A stretch of 64,000 nt of DNA from an uncultured Spirochaetota bacterium (lineage in GTDB: Bacteria > Spirochaetota > Spirochaetia > SZUA-6 > Fen-1364), in contig CAWJSK010000001.1 in assembly GCA_963845535.1 (NCBI GenBank), positions 32,001-96,000 on the forward strand. The letters are read 5' to 3'. A program made the position numbers and the translations under genes. Positions 48,767 through 59,349 of the stretch are shown piece by piece; position 1 is the stretch's first letter; the number at the start of each line of letters is the position of its first letter. The notes under the pieces are model-generated. The model had not been told where the DNA came from. It was given only the letters and a program-made list of their open reading frames with translations, and ran no database searches.

Positions 48767-50746
48767 ACCTGACGGCTCTTAGCGCTGTCGCGAACACGGT
48801 GCGTTCCCTGAGCATTGACGCCGTTGAGAAGGCCAAGTCCGGTCACCCCGGTCTTCCCATGGGGTGCGCTGAGCTGGGCGCCCTGCTGTACGGAGAGCTG
48901 CTTTCCCACTGGCCGCAGGACCCGCAGTGGATCAACAGGGACCGCTTTGTCCTGTCCGCGGGGCACGGGTGCATGCTCCTGTATTCGCTTCTGCACCTTT
49001 CAGGGTACGACCTGAGCCTGGATGACATCCGAGGCTTCCGCTCCCTCGGCTCCCGGACCCCCGGCCATCCCGAATGGGGACATGACCCCTGGCGTGGAGG
49101 CCACGGCTGGTCCGCTGGGACAGGGACTTTCAAACGCGGTCGGCATGGCCATCGCGGAACGCATCCTTGCGGCGAAGTTCAATACCTCCAGCAGGACCGT
49201 CATTGACCACTACACCTACGTCCTGGCAAGTGACGGCGACATGATGGAAGGGGTGGCTTCGGAGGCGGCCTCCATCGCAGGACACCTGAAGCTCGGGAAG
49301 CTCATTGTGTTCTATGACTCCAACCAGATCACGATAGAGGGCTCCACGACCCTGGCGTTCTCGGAGGACGTGCTCAAGCGGTACGAGGGCTACGGCTGGC
49401 GGACTTTGCACGGTGACATGTACGACATGCCCGCCACCGCGGAGATGGTGGCGCAGGCCAAGAAAGCGGGGGAAAGGCCGACGATCATCCGCTTGCAGTC
49501 CATCATCGGAAAAGGAGCGCCGAAGAAGGCGGGGACTGCAAAGGCGCACGGTGAGGCGCTGGGACCTGAGGAGGCGGCCGCCGCCAAGAAGGCAATCGGC
49601 GTGCCGGACGGGTGCCAGTTCTACGTCTTCCCCGAGGCGGAGGCGTACTTCAAAGCCCGACAACCTGCATGGAAATCCCGCTATGAGGAATGGAAAAAGA
49701 CTTTCGAGGCATGGAGAAAAGAGAACCCGGACAAGGCAAAGGAGTGGACGCGGTATTTTGAGGACGGCAAGGCGGACTTGAGCGCGGTCACCCTGCCGTC
49801 GTTCAAAATTGGAGATTCGCTTGCCACCCGTGCCGCAGGAGGCCAGGTTCTGAACGCAATTGCGCAGGCTGTTCCCAACCTCATTGGCGGGTCAGCGGAC
49901 CTTGCCCCGTCCAACAGCACAAACCTCAAGGACATGGGGGACTTCAGCGCGTCGAACCCCCTTGGACGCAATTTCCACTTCGGCATCCGCGAGCACGGGA
50001 TGGGCGGAATCTGCAACGGGATAGCGTACCACGGCGGCCTGCGGCCTTTCTGCGCAACGTTCCTCGTTTTCTCGGACTACATGCGGCCGTCCGTGCGCCT
50101 CGCGGCAATTGCCAAGCTGCCGGTGATCTACGTGTTCACGCATGACTCGGTTTTCGTCGGCGAAGACGGCCCCACGCATGAGCCGGTGGAGCACCTGGCG
50201 GCGCTCCGAGCCATCCCGAACCTGTTCGTCCTGAGGCCGGGTGACGCGGAGGAGACGGAGCTTGCCTGGAGAATTGCCTACGAGAGGCATGACGGGCCCA
50301 CGGCGCTTGCGTTGACGCGGCAAGGGATTACCGTTTATCCGAAGGCGGACAGCGCGTGGCGGACCACCATCCGCAAGGGCGCCTACGTCGCAAAGGACTG
50401 TGACGGCGCTCCCGACGTTGTGATCATTGCCACGGGATCCGAAGTGTCGGTGGCAATTGCCGCCGCGGCGGAGCTGACGGAGCGCAAGGTGCGCGTGGTC
50501 TCCATGCTTTCACGCGAGCTCTTCCTCAAGCAGCCCGCGGACTTCCGCCACGCCCTGGTGCCGCCGGCCGTCCGCAAGGTGACTTTCGAGGCAGGCGTTT
50601 CGTTTGGATGGAAGGGCCCCTTTGATGATGACTCGGTGGTCACGGTTTCCATTGACCGCTTCGGCGAATCAGGCCAGTATCAGAAGATTGCGGAGCACCT
50701 GGGGATCACCGCTGCCGCGCTCGTGAAGCGGATCAGGGAGCTGTAG
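48763..50746 (+). CDS. tkt: Transketolase (apparent 1-nt frameshift at 49076-49079)
   Basis: SGHPG.PMG, LSAGH, PGHPE | [38 protein letters not shown]. Confidence 0.93.
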
Positions 50747-50761
50747 CAGGCGGCCTCCGGG

Positions 50762-51638
50762 GTGATCATTCATCTGGTTGACGGCACCTATGAGCTCTTC
50801 CGCTGCTTCTACGGGCTGAAGCGCTCCACGAAGCCGGATGACGGAATGGGCGCCGTCCGCCTGGTCCTGAACACTCTGCTTGAAATGGTGGAGAACGGAG
50901 CCACGCATCTCGGCGTGGCCACTGACCACGTCATAGAGTCCTTTCGCAACACAATGTGGCCGGGGTACAAGACCGGCAGCGGCGTGGACCCCGCCCTCCT
51001 TGCGCAGTTCCATCCCCTGGAGGATGCGCTTGGGGCATTCGGGTTCATCGTGTGGCCCATGGTGGAGCTCGAGGCGGATGACGCCCTGGCTTCAGCCGCA
51101 GCCGCGGCAGACGCGGACCCCTCGGTGGAGAAAGTCAGCATCTGGACTCCGGACAAAGACCTCGCCCAGTGCGTGGTTGGAGACCGGGTGGTGCAAGTGG
51201 ACAGGCGGAGCGGGCAGATCCGCAACGCGGATGCGGTCCTGGCGAAGTTCGGCGTTCACCCGCGCTCCATTCCAGATTACCTTGCCCTTGTCGGTGACAG
51301 CGCGGACGGCTACCCGGGGATACCGGGCTGGGGGCCGAAGTCCGCGGCAGCGTTGCTTTCCCGTTACGCCAGCCTGGACGGAGGTTCCCATCACTGACCC
51401 GCAGTGGCGGCCCAACGCGGCAAACGCGGGAGGGCTGGCGCACAACCTGCGCTCCAACTGGGATCACGCCTTGTTGTTTCGGGATCTTGCGACGTTGAGA
51501 AAGGACGCCCCTGTTTTCCGCTCGGTCGAGGAGCTTCGTTGGAAAGGACCTCGGCCTGAAGCGAAGCCCCTGGCGCAGCGGATCAACGCCGGCTCTCTCC
51601 TGGAACGGGCAGAGCGGCTGGCGCAGCGCCTTGCCTGA
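50762..51638 (+). CDS. Stand-alone 5'-3' exonuclease / flap endonuclease (apparent 1-nt frameshift at 51380-51381)
   Basis: LVDG, FR....YK, EADD, DKDL.Q, LVGDSADGYPGIPGWGPKSA; removing one G gives YASLDEVP and continues into the 51000..51638 frame. Confidence 0.88.
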
Positions 51639-51711
51639 AAATCAGTATCTTTTCCTTGAGAGGCTTGCGCGCTCATGGAAACGGAGATACCCGAACTGCG
51701 CAGGCGGCTGA

Positions 51712-53098
51712 TCATTTCGGCGCGCGGCCTTTGGCAGCCTTTCGCGGCCCGCGGCCTCGTCCCCTGCCCCGGCTGCCGGCCGTCTTCGACCCCGCCTTGC
51801 GTTGCACAAGGCGTATCTCGAGGCGCGTGCTCGCAACTTCGCGCAAGCGCCGCATGCCTTCGGATTCGTCAATACGCCGGGTGATGGCTTCCCCTCCCTC
51901 CACCACGGCGTCCCTGAACTTGCGCAGCGCCTCCGCCATGGTGACCTTTTTCTTCGGTTTCCTGTTTTTCACGAGGCTGTAGAGGAACCTGCAGATCTCC
52001 TCCGCCCCGGCGTGCAGCTTCAGCTTATTGATGTTGCGCTGGTACTCGGAAATGATGTCGGGCCTGATCAGCGAGCTTCGCGAGGCGCGTGGCAAGCTGA
52101 CTTGGCGTGCGCGTGAGCCATCCGACCCGGTTGCCGATGACCCAGTTCGTGGTCTCCTTCTCATTCGCGAGGAAGCTCGAGATGATGAGGGGCCTGCCTT
52201 GGACGAGGGTCTCGAACACCTGGTTGGGCCCGGATTTTCCCACCACGACGTCCGCAGCGGCAATGAAGTCCGCAAGGTTGTTCACGTATCCCTGGACCGC
52301 AATGCGCACGGGGCCTGTCGGGCCCGCCGCAAGAACCTCCAGGTCCCTCAGCAGCCGCACGTTCTTTCCGCAGACCACGACCACCTGGAGGGAGAGCTTC
52401 CGCTCGATGAGAATTGCTATGTACTTCTTGACGGGCCCCACCCCTTCGGCTCCGAAAAAGAAAAGAGCCGTGAAGGGTTTCGTCTCGAGCTTGAGCCTTC
52501 GTCTGAGTGTCGCCTTGCTTTCCTTTCGGCGGGCGAAGGACGGTTTGATGGGGAACTGGAACTCCTTCAGCCTGCTCGCCAGAATCCCTTTCTGGGCAAT
52601 CTCCTCACGCGATTTTCGGGAGAACACGAGGCTCCAGTCGAAGTTGGGCGAAAACCAGATGTAGTGCGAATCGAAAGGTTCGGGGTTCAGCACCACCGCG
52701 ATGGCATCGAGCTGGCCAACCGTCTTGAGGAGCTCCAGGTAGTGCGTGAAAGTGAAATAGGTGGAGACGACAAGATCCGGCTTCTCATGCTCCAGGTACT
52801 GGACGAAACGCGGAAGGATGGTGATCCCCAGGATCCGGTCGATGATCTTGACCATGAACGGGTTGTCAGCGCCGCGGTAGAACGCGTTGATGAGCGGGGG
52901 ATAGCGCAGCGCGCTGTTCCAGTAGAATCGATATATGTAGCGGAGAAAATTGGCTCCCAAAGCCAGCCCAAGGTTCACAACGTGGACTTCGAGGTCCTTG
53001 TACCCCAGGAGGTCGAACTGCTCTTTTATCGCCATGGCCGGGGCGATATGCCCGCCCCCGATGTCAATGGTGTACAGATCGATACGCTTCATCGCCAT
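51712..53098 (-). CDS. MGDG-synthase/UgtP-like (GT28) glycosyltransferase with basic C-tail (apparent 1-nt frameshift near 52066)
   Basis: GGGH..PA, PDLVVST, FPI, CGKN, GKSGP...E, NE; removing one base gives LAKLADRPDIISEYQ. Confidence 0.8.
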
Positions 53099-53233
53099 GC
53101 GGCCAAAAGCTTAGCCCCCGTGCCGAAAACATGTCAACGTTCAATTTGGAAGCATAGGCGGCCGATGCGCTACGCCTCTCTTGCCGCCGGCCTCCTGCGC
53201 TCGGACTTCCCTGTCCCCTCCTTGTCCGCTCAC

Positions 53234-53262
53234 TTGACGAGGGGACGCTTTTTCCCGATAGT
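53234..53262 (+). promoter_or_regulatory. Promoter of the thrS T-box leader
   Basis: TTGACG-17 nt-GATAGT. Confidence 0.6.
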
Positions 53263-53268
53263 ATCGAA

Positions 53269-53600
53269 AAGGCTTTGACGGAGACGAGTAAGCGGAAGCT
53301 CCGGTCGGCAGAGAGGGCGCCCTATGGCTGAAAGGCGCTTGGCCGTCTGCTGCTGAAAACCCCTCCCGAGCCGCGTTCCCAAAGACCCGGGTAGCCGGGC
53401 TCGAGTAGGATCCGCCGGATGACCCCGTGAAAGGTCGAAGAGAGGCCCGCGCTTCCATAGCGCAGTTTTGCAGCGTTATGACAGCGCCGGCAATCAAGGT
53501 GGAACCGCGGAGAGCCCCTTGCGGCTTTTCGTCCTTGGCGACGCGGACGGATGTCCACGCCAGACTATGGACGAGGCAGCCGTGAGGGGCTTCGTTTTTT
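53269..53600 (+). promoter_or_regulatory. T-box riboswitch (Thr) with transcription terminator
   Basis: Stem I motifs TGA, AGTA, CAGAGAG, GGCTGAAA, GAAA-ACC, GAG; T-box AATCAAGGTGGAACCGCG (53492-53509) pairing with CGTCCTTG (53530-53537); terminator arms 53512-53526 and 53578-53592 then T6. Confidence 0.9.
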
Positions 53601-53612
53601 CGGAGGCAGAGC

Positions 53613-55355
53613 ATGCAGGACGTTCGACAGGACCATTTGTTCAGGGTGCGCCACTCGTTTTCCCACGTGATGGCGGAGGCAGTGCGTGAGCTTTTTCCTG
53701 ACGCAAAGCTCGCTATTGGGCCGGCCATCGATGACGGCTTCTACTACGATTTCGACCTCCCCCGCGCGCTTACCGGGGAGGACCTCGCTGTCCTGGAAGA
53801 GAAGATGCGGGCCATCGTGGCCGGCAAGCACCCTTTCACGAAGAAGGTGATCTCCCGCGCGGAGGCCAGGAAGCTTTTCGGCGGGCAGCCATACAAGCTC
53901 GAGCTCATTGAGGAGCTTCCCGAAGGGGAGGAGATCTCCACCTATACGCAGGACACTTTCACGGACCTCTGCCGGGGTCCTCACGTGGAGAATACCACTG
54001 AACTGCGGCCGGACGCCTTCAAGCTCACGACGATTGCCGGCGCTTACTGGCGCGGGGATGAGAAGAACAAGATGCTGCAGCGCATCTACGGCACGGCGTG
54101 GGATTCGAAGGCGGAGCTGGCCGAGCATCTGAAAAAGCTGGAAGAGATCGAGAAGAGGGACCACCGGCGGCTGGGTCGGGAGCTGGATCTCTTCTCCGTG
54201 CATGAAGAAGCCGGCGCGGGTCTCATCTACTGGCACCCCAAGGGCGCGCGGGTGCGCCTTGCAATAGAAGATTTCTGGCGCAGCGAACATTTGAAAAACG
54301 GCTATGAGCTTCTCTATACGCCGCACATCGGCAAGTCATGGCTCTGGGAGACGTCGGGGCACCTCGGGTTCTACAAGCAGAACATGTACGCGCCGCTTTC
54401 CATAGACGACGTTGACTACTACATCAAGCCGATGAACTGTCCGTTCCACCTCATGATCTACAAGAACCAGCAACGGTCGTACCGCGACCTTCCGCTGCGG
54501 TGGGCTGAGCTGGGAACGGTGTACCGCTACGAGCGCTCCGGCGTGCTGCATGGTCTTCTTCGCGTTCGGGGATTCACCCAGGATGATGCGCACATCATCT
54601 GCACCCCCGAGCAGATCGATGATGAGATCCTGGAAGTGCTCAGGTTCTCTCTCAAGATCTGGAAGGCGTTCGGCTTCACCGACATCAAGGCGTACCTTGC
54701 CACAAAGCCCGCTGACGGGATTGGTGACGACGCGACGTGGGAAAAAGCCATCGCCGTCCTGAAGCGTGCCGCTGAGAAGGAGAACCTCGACGTCGTGATG
54801 GACGAAGGGGGAGGGGCGTTTTACGGCCCCAAGATCGACCTCAAGATCAAGGATGCTCTGGGCCGCGAGTGGCAGATGACGACGATCCAGTTCGACTGGA
54901 ACGAGCCGGAACGGTTCGGGATCACCTACGTTGCCTCGGACAACACGCAGAAACGGCCGTTCATGGTCCATAGGGCGCTCCTTGGCTCGCTGGAGAGGTT
55001 CTTCGGCGTGCTGGTGGAGCATTACGGCGGCGCGTTCCCGGCATGGCTTGCTCCGGTGCAGGTCATGGCAATTCCGGTGGCGCCCGGGTTCGCCCCGTAC
55101 GCCCAGGAGGTGGTGAAGACGCTTCAGAGGCACGGAGTGCGGGCTGAGGTGGACGCGGGTGACGAGCGGATGAACGCAAAGATCCGCAAGGCCCAGAACC
55201 AGAAGATACCGTTCATGCTCATCCTCGGAGAGAAGGAGCAGACGGGAAAGGCCGTTTCCGTGCGCGCCCGCTCGGGAGAGCAGAAGAACCTGATTCCTCT
55301 TGCGGACTTCCTTGCCCAGATCATTGAAGAGGTAAAGCCGAAAACCCTGGATTAG
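53613..55355 (+). CDS. thrS: Threonine-tRNA ligase (no N-terminal TGS domain)
   Basis: RHSFSH, DLCRGPH, RDHR, KPMNCP, YRYE.SG, AFYGPKID, HRALLGSLERF. Confidence 0.98.
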   Translation: MQDVRQDHLFRVRHSFSHVMAEAVRELFPDAKLAIGPAIDDGFYYDFDLPRALTGEDLAVLEEKMRAIVAGKHPFTKKVISRAEARKLFGGQPYKLELIEELPEGEEISTYTQDTFTDLCRGPHVENTTELRPDAFKLTTIAGAYWRGDEKNKMLQRIYGTAWDSKAELAEHLKKLEEIEKRDHRRLGRELDLFSVHEEAGAGLIYWHPKGARVRLAIEDFWRSEHLKNGYELLYTPHIGKSWLWETSGHLGFYKQNMYAPLSIDDVDYYIKPMNCPFHLMIYKNQQRSYRDLPLRWAELGTVYRYERSGVLHGLLRVRGFTQDDAHIICTPEQIDDEILEVLRFSLKIWKAFGFTDIKAYLATKPADGIGDDATWEKAIAVLKRAAEKENLDVVMDEGGGAFYGPKIDLKIKDALGREWQMTTIQFDWNEPERFGITYVASDNTQKRPFMVHRALLGSLERFFGVLVEHYGGAFPAWLAPVQVMAIPVAPGFAPYAQEVVKTLQRHGVRAEVDAGDERMNAKIRKAQNQKIPFMLILGEKEQTGKAVSVRARSGEQKNLIPLADFLAQIIEEVKPKTLD

Positions 55356-55371
55356 GATCCTCGGGAGGGGA

Positions 55372-56703
55372 ATGGCCGACATGATCATCAAACGGGACGG
55401 CCGTGCCGTCCCGTTCGACAAGGAAAAGATCACCTCCGCCGTCTACCGCGCGGCCGTCGCCTGCGGCGGAAAGGACAGGAAGGAGTCTGAACGAATCACG
55501 GAGAACGTGCTGGCCATGCTTTCTGCCCGCCGGGAGGCGCGCACCTTCCCCACGGTGGAGGAAGTCCAGGACCTCGTGGAGAAGGCGCTCATCGAGCGCG
55601 GACACGCCCGAACGGCCAAAGCCTACATCGTTTACCGCTATGAGCACGCCCTCAAGCGCGCGGGACGAGAAAGCCTCACGTACTCGTCGGAGAACATCCC
55701 CTACCGCAAGCTTTGGGAGGCGCTGAGCTGGGCAATCGATCAGGGGTGCGTGAGCCTGTCCGAGCTTTCCGCGCTGATCGACGCTGGCAGGTACCGCGAC
55801 CTGGTGGGAGCCTCCGACGCGTTTTATGAGCGTGAGCTTGCCTATGCCGCTCAGAGGATCCTGGATCGACGGGAGGAGCTTCGCGTTGTCATCATTGCAG
55901 GCCCATCCTCCTCGGGGAAAACAACCACGACAATCAGTATCCGGGAGAAGCTGGCCGCCGCGGGGATCGCAACCGTCCCCCTGACGGTAGACAACTACTT
56001 CTTCGACCTGGAAGACCACCCGAAGATCGGCGGGGATGACTACGATTTCGAGACCCCCCAAGCCCTCGACCTCGCGTTGATCGACGCCCACGTGGGCGCG
56101 CTCGTGGCCGGGGAGCCAGTGGAGGTGCCGCTGTACAACTTCAAGACCGGCCGGCGGGAGGGGACATCCGGGGTTCTTCGCCTGGGAGGGAATGAGATCC
56201 TCCTCATCGATTCGCTGCACGGTCTTTTCCCCGAGATGACACGGGGCGTCGGGGAGGAAAAGAAGTTCCGGCTGTACACCGAGACGCTTTCCCAGGTCAG
56301 GGATCGGGAGGGCCGCTATGTGCGGTGGGCGGACGTGCGAATGCTCCGCAGGGTCGTGCGGGATTCCCAGTTTCGCAATTACACCCATTGGCAGACCGTC
56401 CGTCACTGGCACCTCGTGCGCCGCGCCGAGCTGCGCTACATCGTTCCGCAGCTTCGCAGGGCCCACGTGATCGTCAACAGTTATCTTCCCTATGAATTGC
56501 CGATCATGAAAGCGAGGGTCGGTCCGAGCCTTCCCGCGCTCATCGAGGAGTTCTCGAAGGACCCCGCGCGGCAGGACGCCCATGAGCGCGCCGTCCGGGT
56601 GAAGGCGCTTTTCGACCAGATCCCCGCGGTGGAAGATGAAAGCCTGGTTCCGCCGAGCTCGCTTCTGCGCGAGTTCATAGGCGGAAGCATTCTCCCGTAC
56701 TGA
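55372..56703 (+). CDS. ATP-cone domain fused to uridine-kinase/PRK-like P-loop kinase
   Basis: IIKRDGRAVPFDKEKI..VEEVQDLVE..L..AKAYIVYR (ATP-cone); GPSSSGKTT, DNYF, DFETPQALD, RMLRRVVRD. Confidence 0.85.
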   Translation: MADMIIKRDGRAVPFDKEKITSAVYRAAVACGGKDRKESERITENVLAMLSARREARTFPTVEEVQDLVEKALIERGHARTAKAYIVYRYEHALKRAGRESLTYSSENIPYRKLWEALSWAIDQGCVSLSELSALIDAGRYRDLVGASDAFYERELAYAAQRILDRREELRVVIIAGPSSSGKTTTTISIREKLAAAGIATVPLTVDNYFFDLEDHPKIGGDDYDFETPQALDLALIDAHVGALVAGEPVEVPLYNFKTGRREGTSGVLRLGGNEILLIDSLHGLFPEMTRGVGEEKKFRLYTETLSQVRDREGRYVRWADVRMLRRVVRDSQFRNYTHWQTVRHWHLVRRAELRYIVPQLRRAHVIVNSYLPYELPIMKARVGPSLPALIEEFSKDPARQDAHERAVRVKALFDQIPAVEDESLVPPSSLLREFIGGSILPY

Positions 56704-56706
56704 TTC

Positions 56707-57552
56707 GTGGCCATGGTTGCACCACCTGGGATGAATACGATATTGACGAGCCCCGTGCTTTGGCTCGCTCTGGCCGGCATTTTTGCCGGCGCCGCGGTCA
56801 GCCGCGCGAGCGTCCGCACGCGGCATCGCCGAAACCCCGAGCGCGCTCGTACGGTGAAATGGGTGCTGTTCTGCATCTACCTCTCCGTGGGGATTATTCT
56901 GGCCGTAGTCGCCGTCTTCGTTTCCGGGCCTGGTGGAATTGCGGACCCGAGGCTCGGCATTGCCGCCGGAATCGCGGCGGCGCTCTCCTTCGGCGCCACG
57001 AGATTCAAGAAAGCGCTGGGAATCCCGGTCCTCGTCCTCATCATTGCCTGCGCGGTGCTCGTTGGGCTCTTTCTTCAGAGCATCAAGGCTTTCACGGGTG
57101 AGACGGTCATTGCCGCGGTGCGCGTGATCAGCGCGGACGGCGGCTCGATGCGGCTGGAGCTGATTCCCCGTGACGCCGAACCGGTTCTTCTCACTCTGGA
57201 AGGGGATTATTTCGCGCCCATCGTGAAGGTCGTGATCTTCGACGACATGCTGGTCTTTTTGGGCGCGAAAACGTGGTACCGGTTCGAGGGAATGACGTCA
57301 TTCAGGCTCATCAAGGATGATACGGGGTACCGGTTCCGCCAGGGTTCGACGGATTTCTATTTTCATCACGCTCCCGGGATTTCGGAGGATCTGTGGCACT
57401 TTTTCGAGGCAAACGAAAAAGGGATTCCAGGGGTGAAGACCGCGCAAGTGGAAATGGACCTGAAGAGACCGGATGCGCAAGCCCGCGAGTTCGCCACGTA
57501 TGACATCGTGGTTCGCAACAACGGGGGCGTCGAGATCATCCCTCGCTCATGA
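56707..57552 (+). CDS. Hypothetical membrane protein (four N-terminal TMs, soluble C-domain)
   Basis: 281-aa ORF following the kinase gene; start uncertain (56707, 56713 or 56731). Confidence 0.7.
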   Translation: MAMVAPPGMNTILTSPVLWLALAGIFAGAAVSRASVRTRHRRNPERARTVKWVLFCIYLSVGIILAVVAVFVSGPGGIADPRLGIAAGIAAALSFGATRFKKALGIPVLVLIIACAVLVGLFLQSIKAFTGETVIAAVRVISADGGSMRLELIPRDAEPVLLTLEGDYFAPIVKVVIFDDMLVFLGAKTWYRFEGMTSFRLIKDDTGYRFRQGSTDFYFHHAPGISEDLWHFFEANEKGIPGVKTAQVEMDLKRPDAQAREFATYDIVVRNNGGVEIIPRS

Positions 57553-58410
57553 AGCGCCTTTGGCCCTGCCGCCCCGTGTGCGGCCGCCGCCGGCGCTGCT
57601 CTGCGTTCTGCCCGTGTCTTTCGGCCTTGGCGGGACCTCCGCGAACCTCCGCCTGAGATAGATCCCCTTGTCGGCCACGGAGGCGACGATAATCGCGGCA
57701 ACCACCCATTCAATGACGGTGACCACCAGGCGGTCGCCAATCACAGGGACCCGGAAAAGCTGGGCAAGCTCCAGGACGTAGAGCACCATGGTGGCGAATA
57801 TGGACGCCTTCCCGAGGAACGTGGCCACCGGATTCGCTTTCCCTTCGCGGAGAGCCAGCATGGCCATGCCGAATGCGAACAGGACGAGCCGCGCGACGAT
57901 CAGGACGAAGAACCAGGTCGGGATGAGGCTGTAATAGAGGAAGATGATCGACACGGCGACGATCATCAGGTAGTCACTCGTGGAATCCAGATACCGTCCC
58001 ACAAACGTCACCTGGTGCCTCCTCCGCGCCACGATCCCGTCCGCGAAATCCGTCGCGAAAACGAGGCAGGCGAAAGGCAGGAGGATGGGCACAAGGAAGA
58101 AGGAAGAGGCCTGGACGATGAGGAACAGGAGCGTGGGGATGGAGCTCAATCGCGCGAAGGTGAGCGAGTTCGAGAGGTTCACCCGGGGAAGCGGAGCCTC
58201 CATGCCCTCGACGTGGAAGTCCGTCTTGCGGGACAGGAGGAACGCCGTCAGGGACCCATGGTAGAGGAGCATGATTGCCAGGTACAGGAAGAACCTCGGC
58301 CATGCCATGCGATACGAGGCGAAGACGATCGTGAGCAGAGTGATTTGGCCGGCGCAGAAGATGACTCCGTGAAGGACGATGCTTCGCTCGAGGGTCCTGC
58401 TGTCTGGCAC
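57547..58410 (-). CDS. CDP-alcohol phosphatidyltransferase with extra N-terminal TMs
   Basis: NSLTFARL and DFADGIVARR...GRYLDSTSD signature. Confidence 0.88.
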   Translation of the reverse strand: MPDSRTLERSIVLHGVIFCAGQITLLTIVFASYRMAWPRFFLYLAIMLLYHGSLTAFLLSRKTDFHVEGMEAPLPRVNLSNSLTFARLSSIPTLLFLIVQASSFFLVPILLPFACLVFATDFADGIVARRRHQVTFVGRYLDSTSDYLMIVAVSIIFLYYSLIPTWFFVLIVARLVLFAFGMAMLALREGKANPVATFLGKASIFATMVLYVLELAQLFRVPVIGDRLVVTVIEWVVAAIIVASVADKGIYLRRRFAEVPPRPKDTGRTQSSAGGGRTRGGRAKGAS

Positions 58411-58448
58411 ACCGCGAATCTATGGGGCTTGTCGCCTCCTGTCAAGTG

Positions 58449-58538
58449 AACCGAAAGATTATGCCAACCGAAAGATCGGCGAAAGCGGTGCACGGCGAAA
58501 GCGGTGCACGGCGGATGCGGTGCAGCGGATGCGGTGCA
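58449..58538. repeat. Short degenerate tandem repeats between divergent promoters
   Basis: AACCGAAAGAT twice, then CGGCGAAAGCGGTGCA x2, CGGCGGATGCGGTGCA and GCGGATGCGGTGCA. Confidence 0.75.
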
Positions 58539-58573
58539 GTTGACGAAAGGCCGTGGCGCACTATGATGCAGCC

Positions 58574-59149
58574 ATGACTCTGCCCATGACCCTTACTGTG
58601 GGACGGATCGTCCTGGCGCCTCTGTTGTTCCTTCTTTTTCGGCTTTCCTCAGCCGGCAGGCTGGGGCTGGTCATCGCGGTCTGGGTGGTTTTCCTTGTGA
58701 TCGAGGCCTCAGACCTTCTGGACGGCCACCTGGCGCGCCTGTGGCATCAGGAGTCGGAATTGGGTAAAGTCCTTGATCCGCTCGCTGATACCTTGTGCAG
58801 GCTGACGTACTTCATCCTTCTTGCGGCGGCCGGCATTCTCCCCCTGTGGATGCTCCTTGTTTTCATGTATCGGGACTTCGCCGTTGCCTACATCAGGGTC
58901 CTGGTGTCGCGGCAAGGCGTGATGCTGGCGGCAAGGATCACCGGGAAGCTCAAGGCGTGGACCTATGCAATTGCCGCAGGTGGAGGTTTTATGGTCTTTT
59001 CTCTCAGGACGCTGGGGGCGCCTTCCGAGTGGGTTGGGGGTTTCCGCTGGCTGTCCTTAGGGCTTTTTGTTATCGCCGTTGGCGTTGCCGTCTGGTCTTT
59101 CACCGATTACGCCGTGTTTTTTATGAAGAATTTCAGGAAAACTAGTTGA
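58574..59149 (+). CDS. pgsA: CDP-diacylglycerol--glycerol-3-phosphate phosphatidyltransferase-like
   Basis: LP..LTVGR, DLLDGHLAR...GKVLDPLAD, RD, GKLK. Confidence 0.8.
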   Translation: MTLPMTLTVGRIVLAPLLFLLFRLSSAGRLGLVIAVWVVFLVIEASDLLDGHLARLWHQESELGKVLDPLADTLCRLTYFILLAAAGILPLWMLLVFMYRDFAVAYIRVLVSRQGVMLAARITGKLKAWTYAIAAGGGFMVFSLRTLGAPSEWVGGFRWLSLGLFVIAVGVAVWSFTDYAVFFMKNFRKTS

Positions 59150-59175
59150 CATATTTGCGGGTGAGTTGATATATT
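59146..59175 (+). promoter_or_regulatory. rRNA operon promoter
   Basis: TTGACA-18 nt-TATATT with extended TG. Confidence 0.7.
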
Positions 59176-59337
59176 CTCATCTGCCTCAAGGGTAGTACTA
59201 ACCTCTGATCAAGTTCTGAGGGGGAAAGTATCGTCTCTGGGGCAACGTGCGTGAGGAGGCCAAGCGGCCTCCGGAACGCAAAAACTCGTGGGAAACCGCG
59301 GGGCAGTCGACAAGCACTTCGTGCTTATCGACCTACG

Positions 59338-59349
59338 GATCTTTGACAG
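59338..59349 (+). promoter_or_regulatory. boxA-like antitermination site of the rrn leader
   Basis: GATCTTTGACA, repeated in the spacer near 61299, each followed by a purine-rich processing-stem arm. Confidence 0.6.

Noticed and set aside
49070..49085. Programmed ribosomal frameshifting in tkt and the other split genes
   Set aside because: No slippery heptamer or stimulator seen; sequencing error is the simpler explanation
58449..58538. Possible CRISPR or iteron array
   Set aside because: Units are contiguous with no spacers, and no cas or rep gene is nearby
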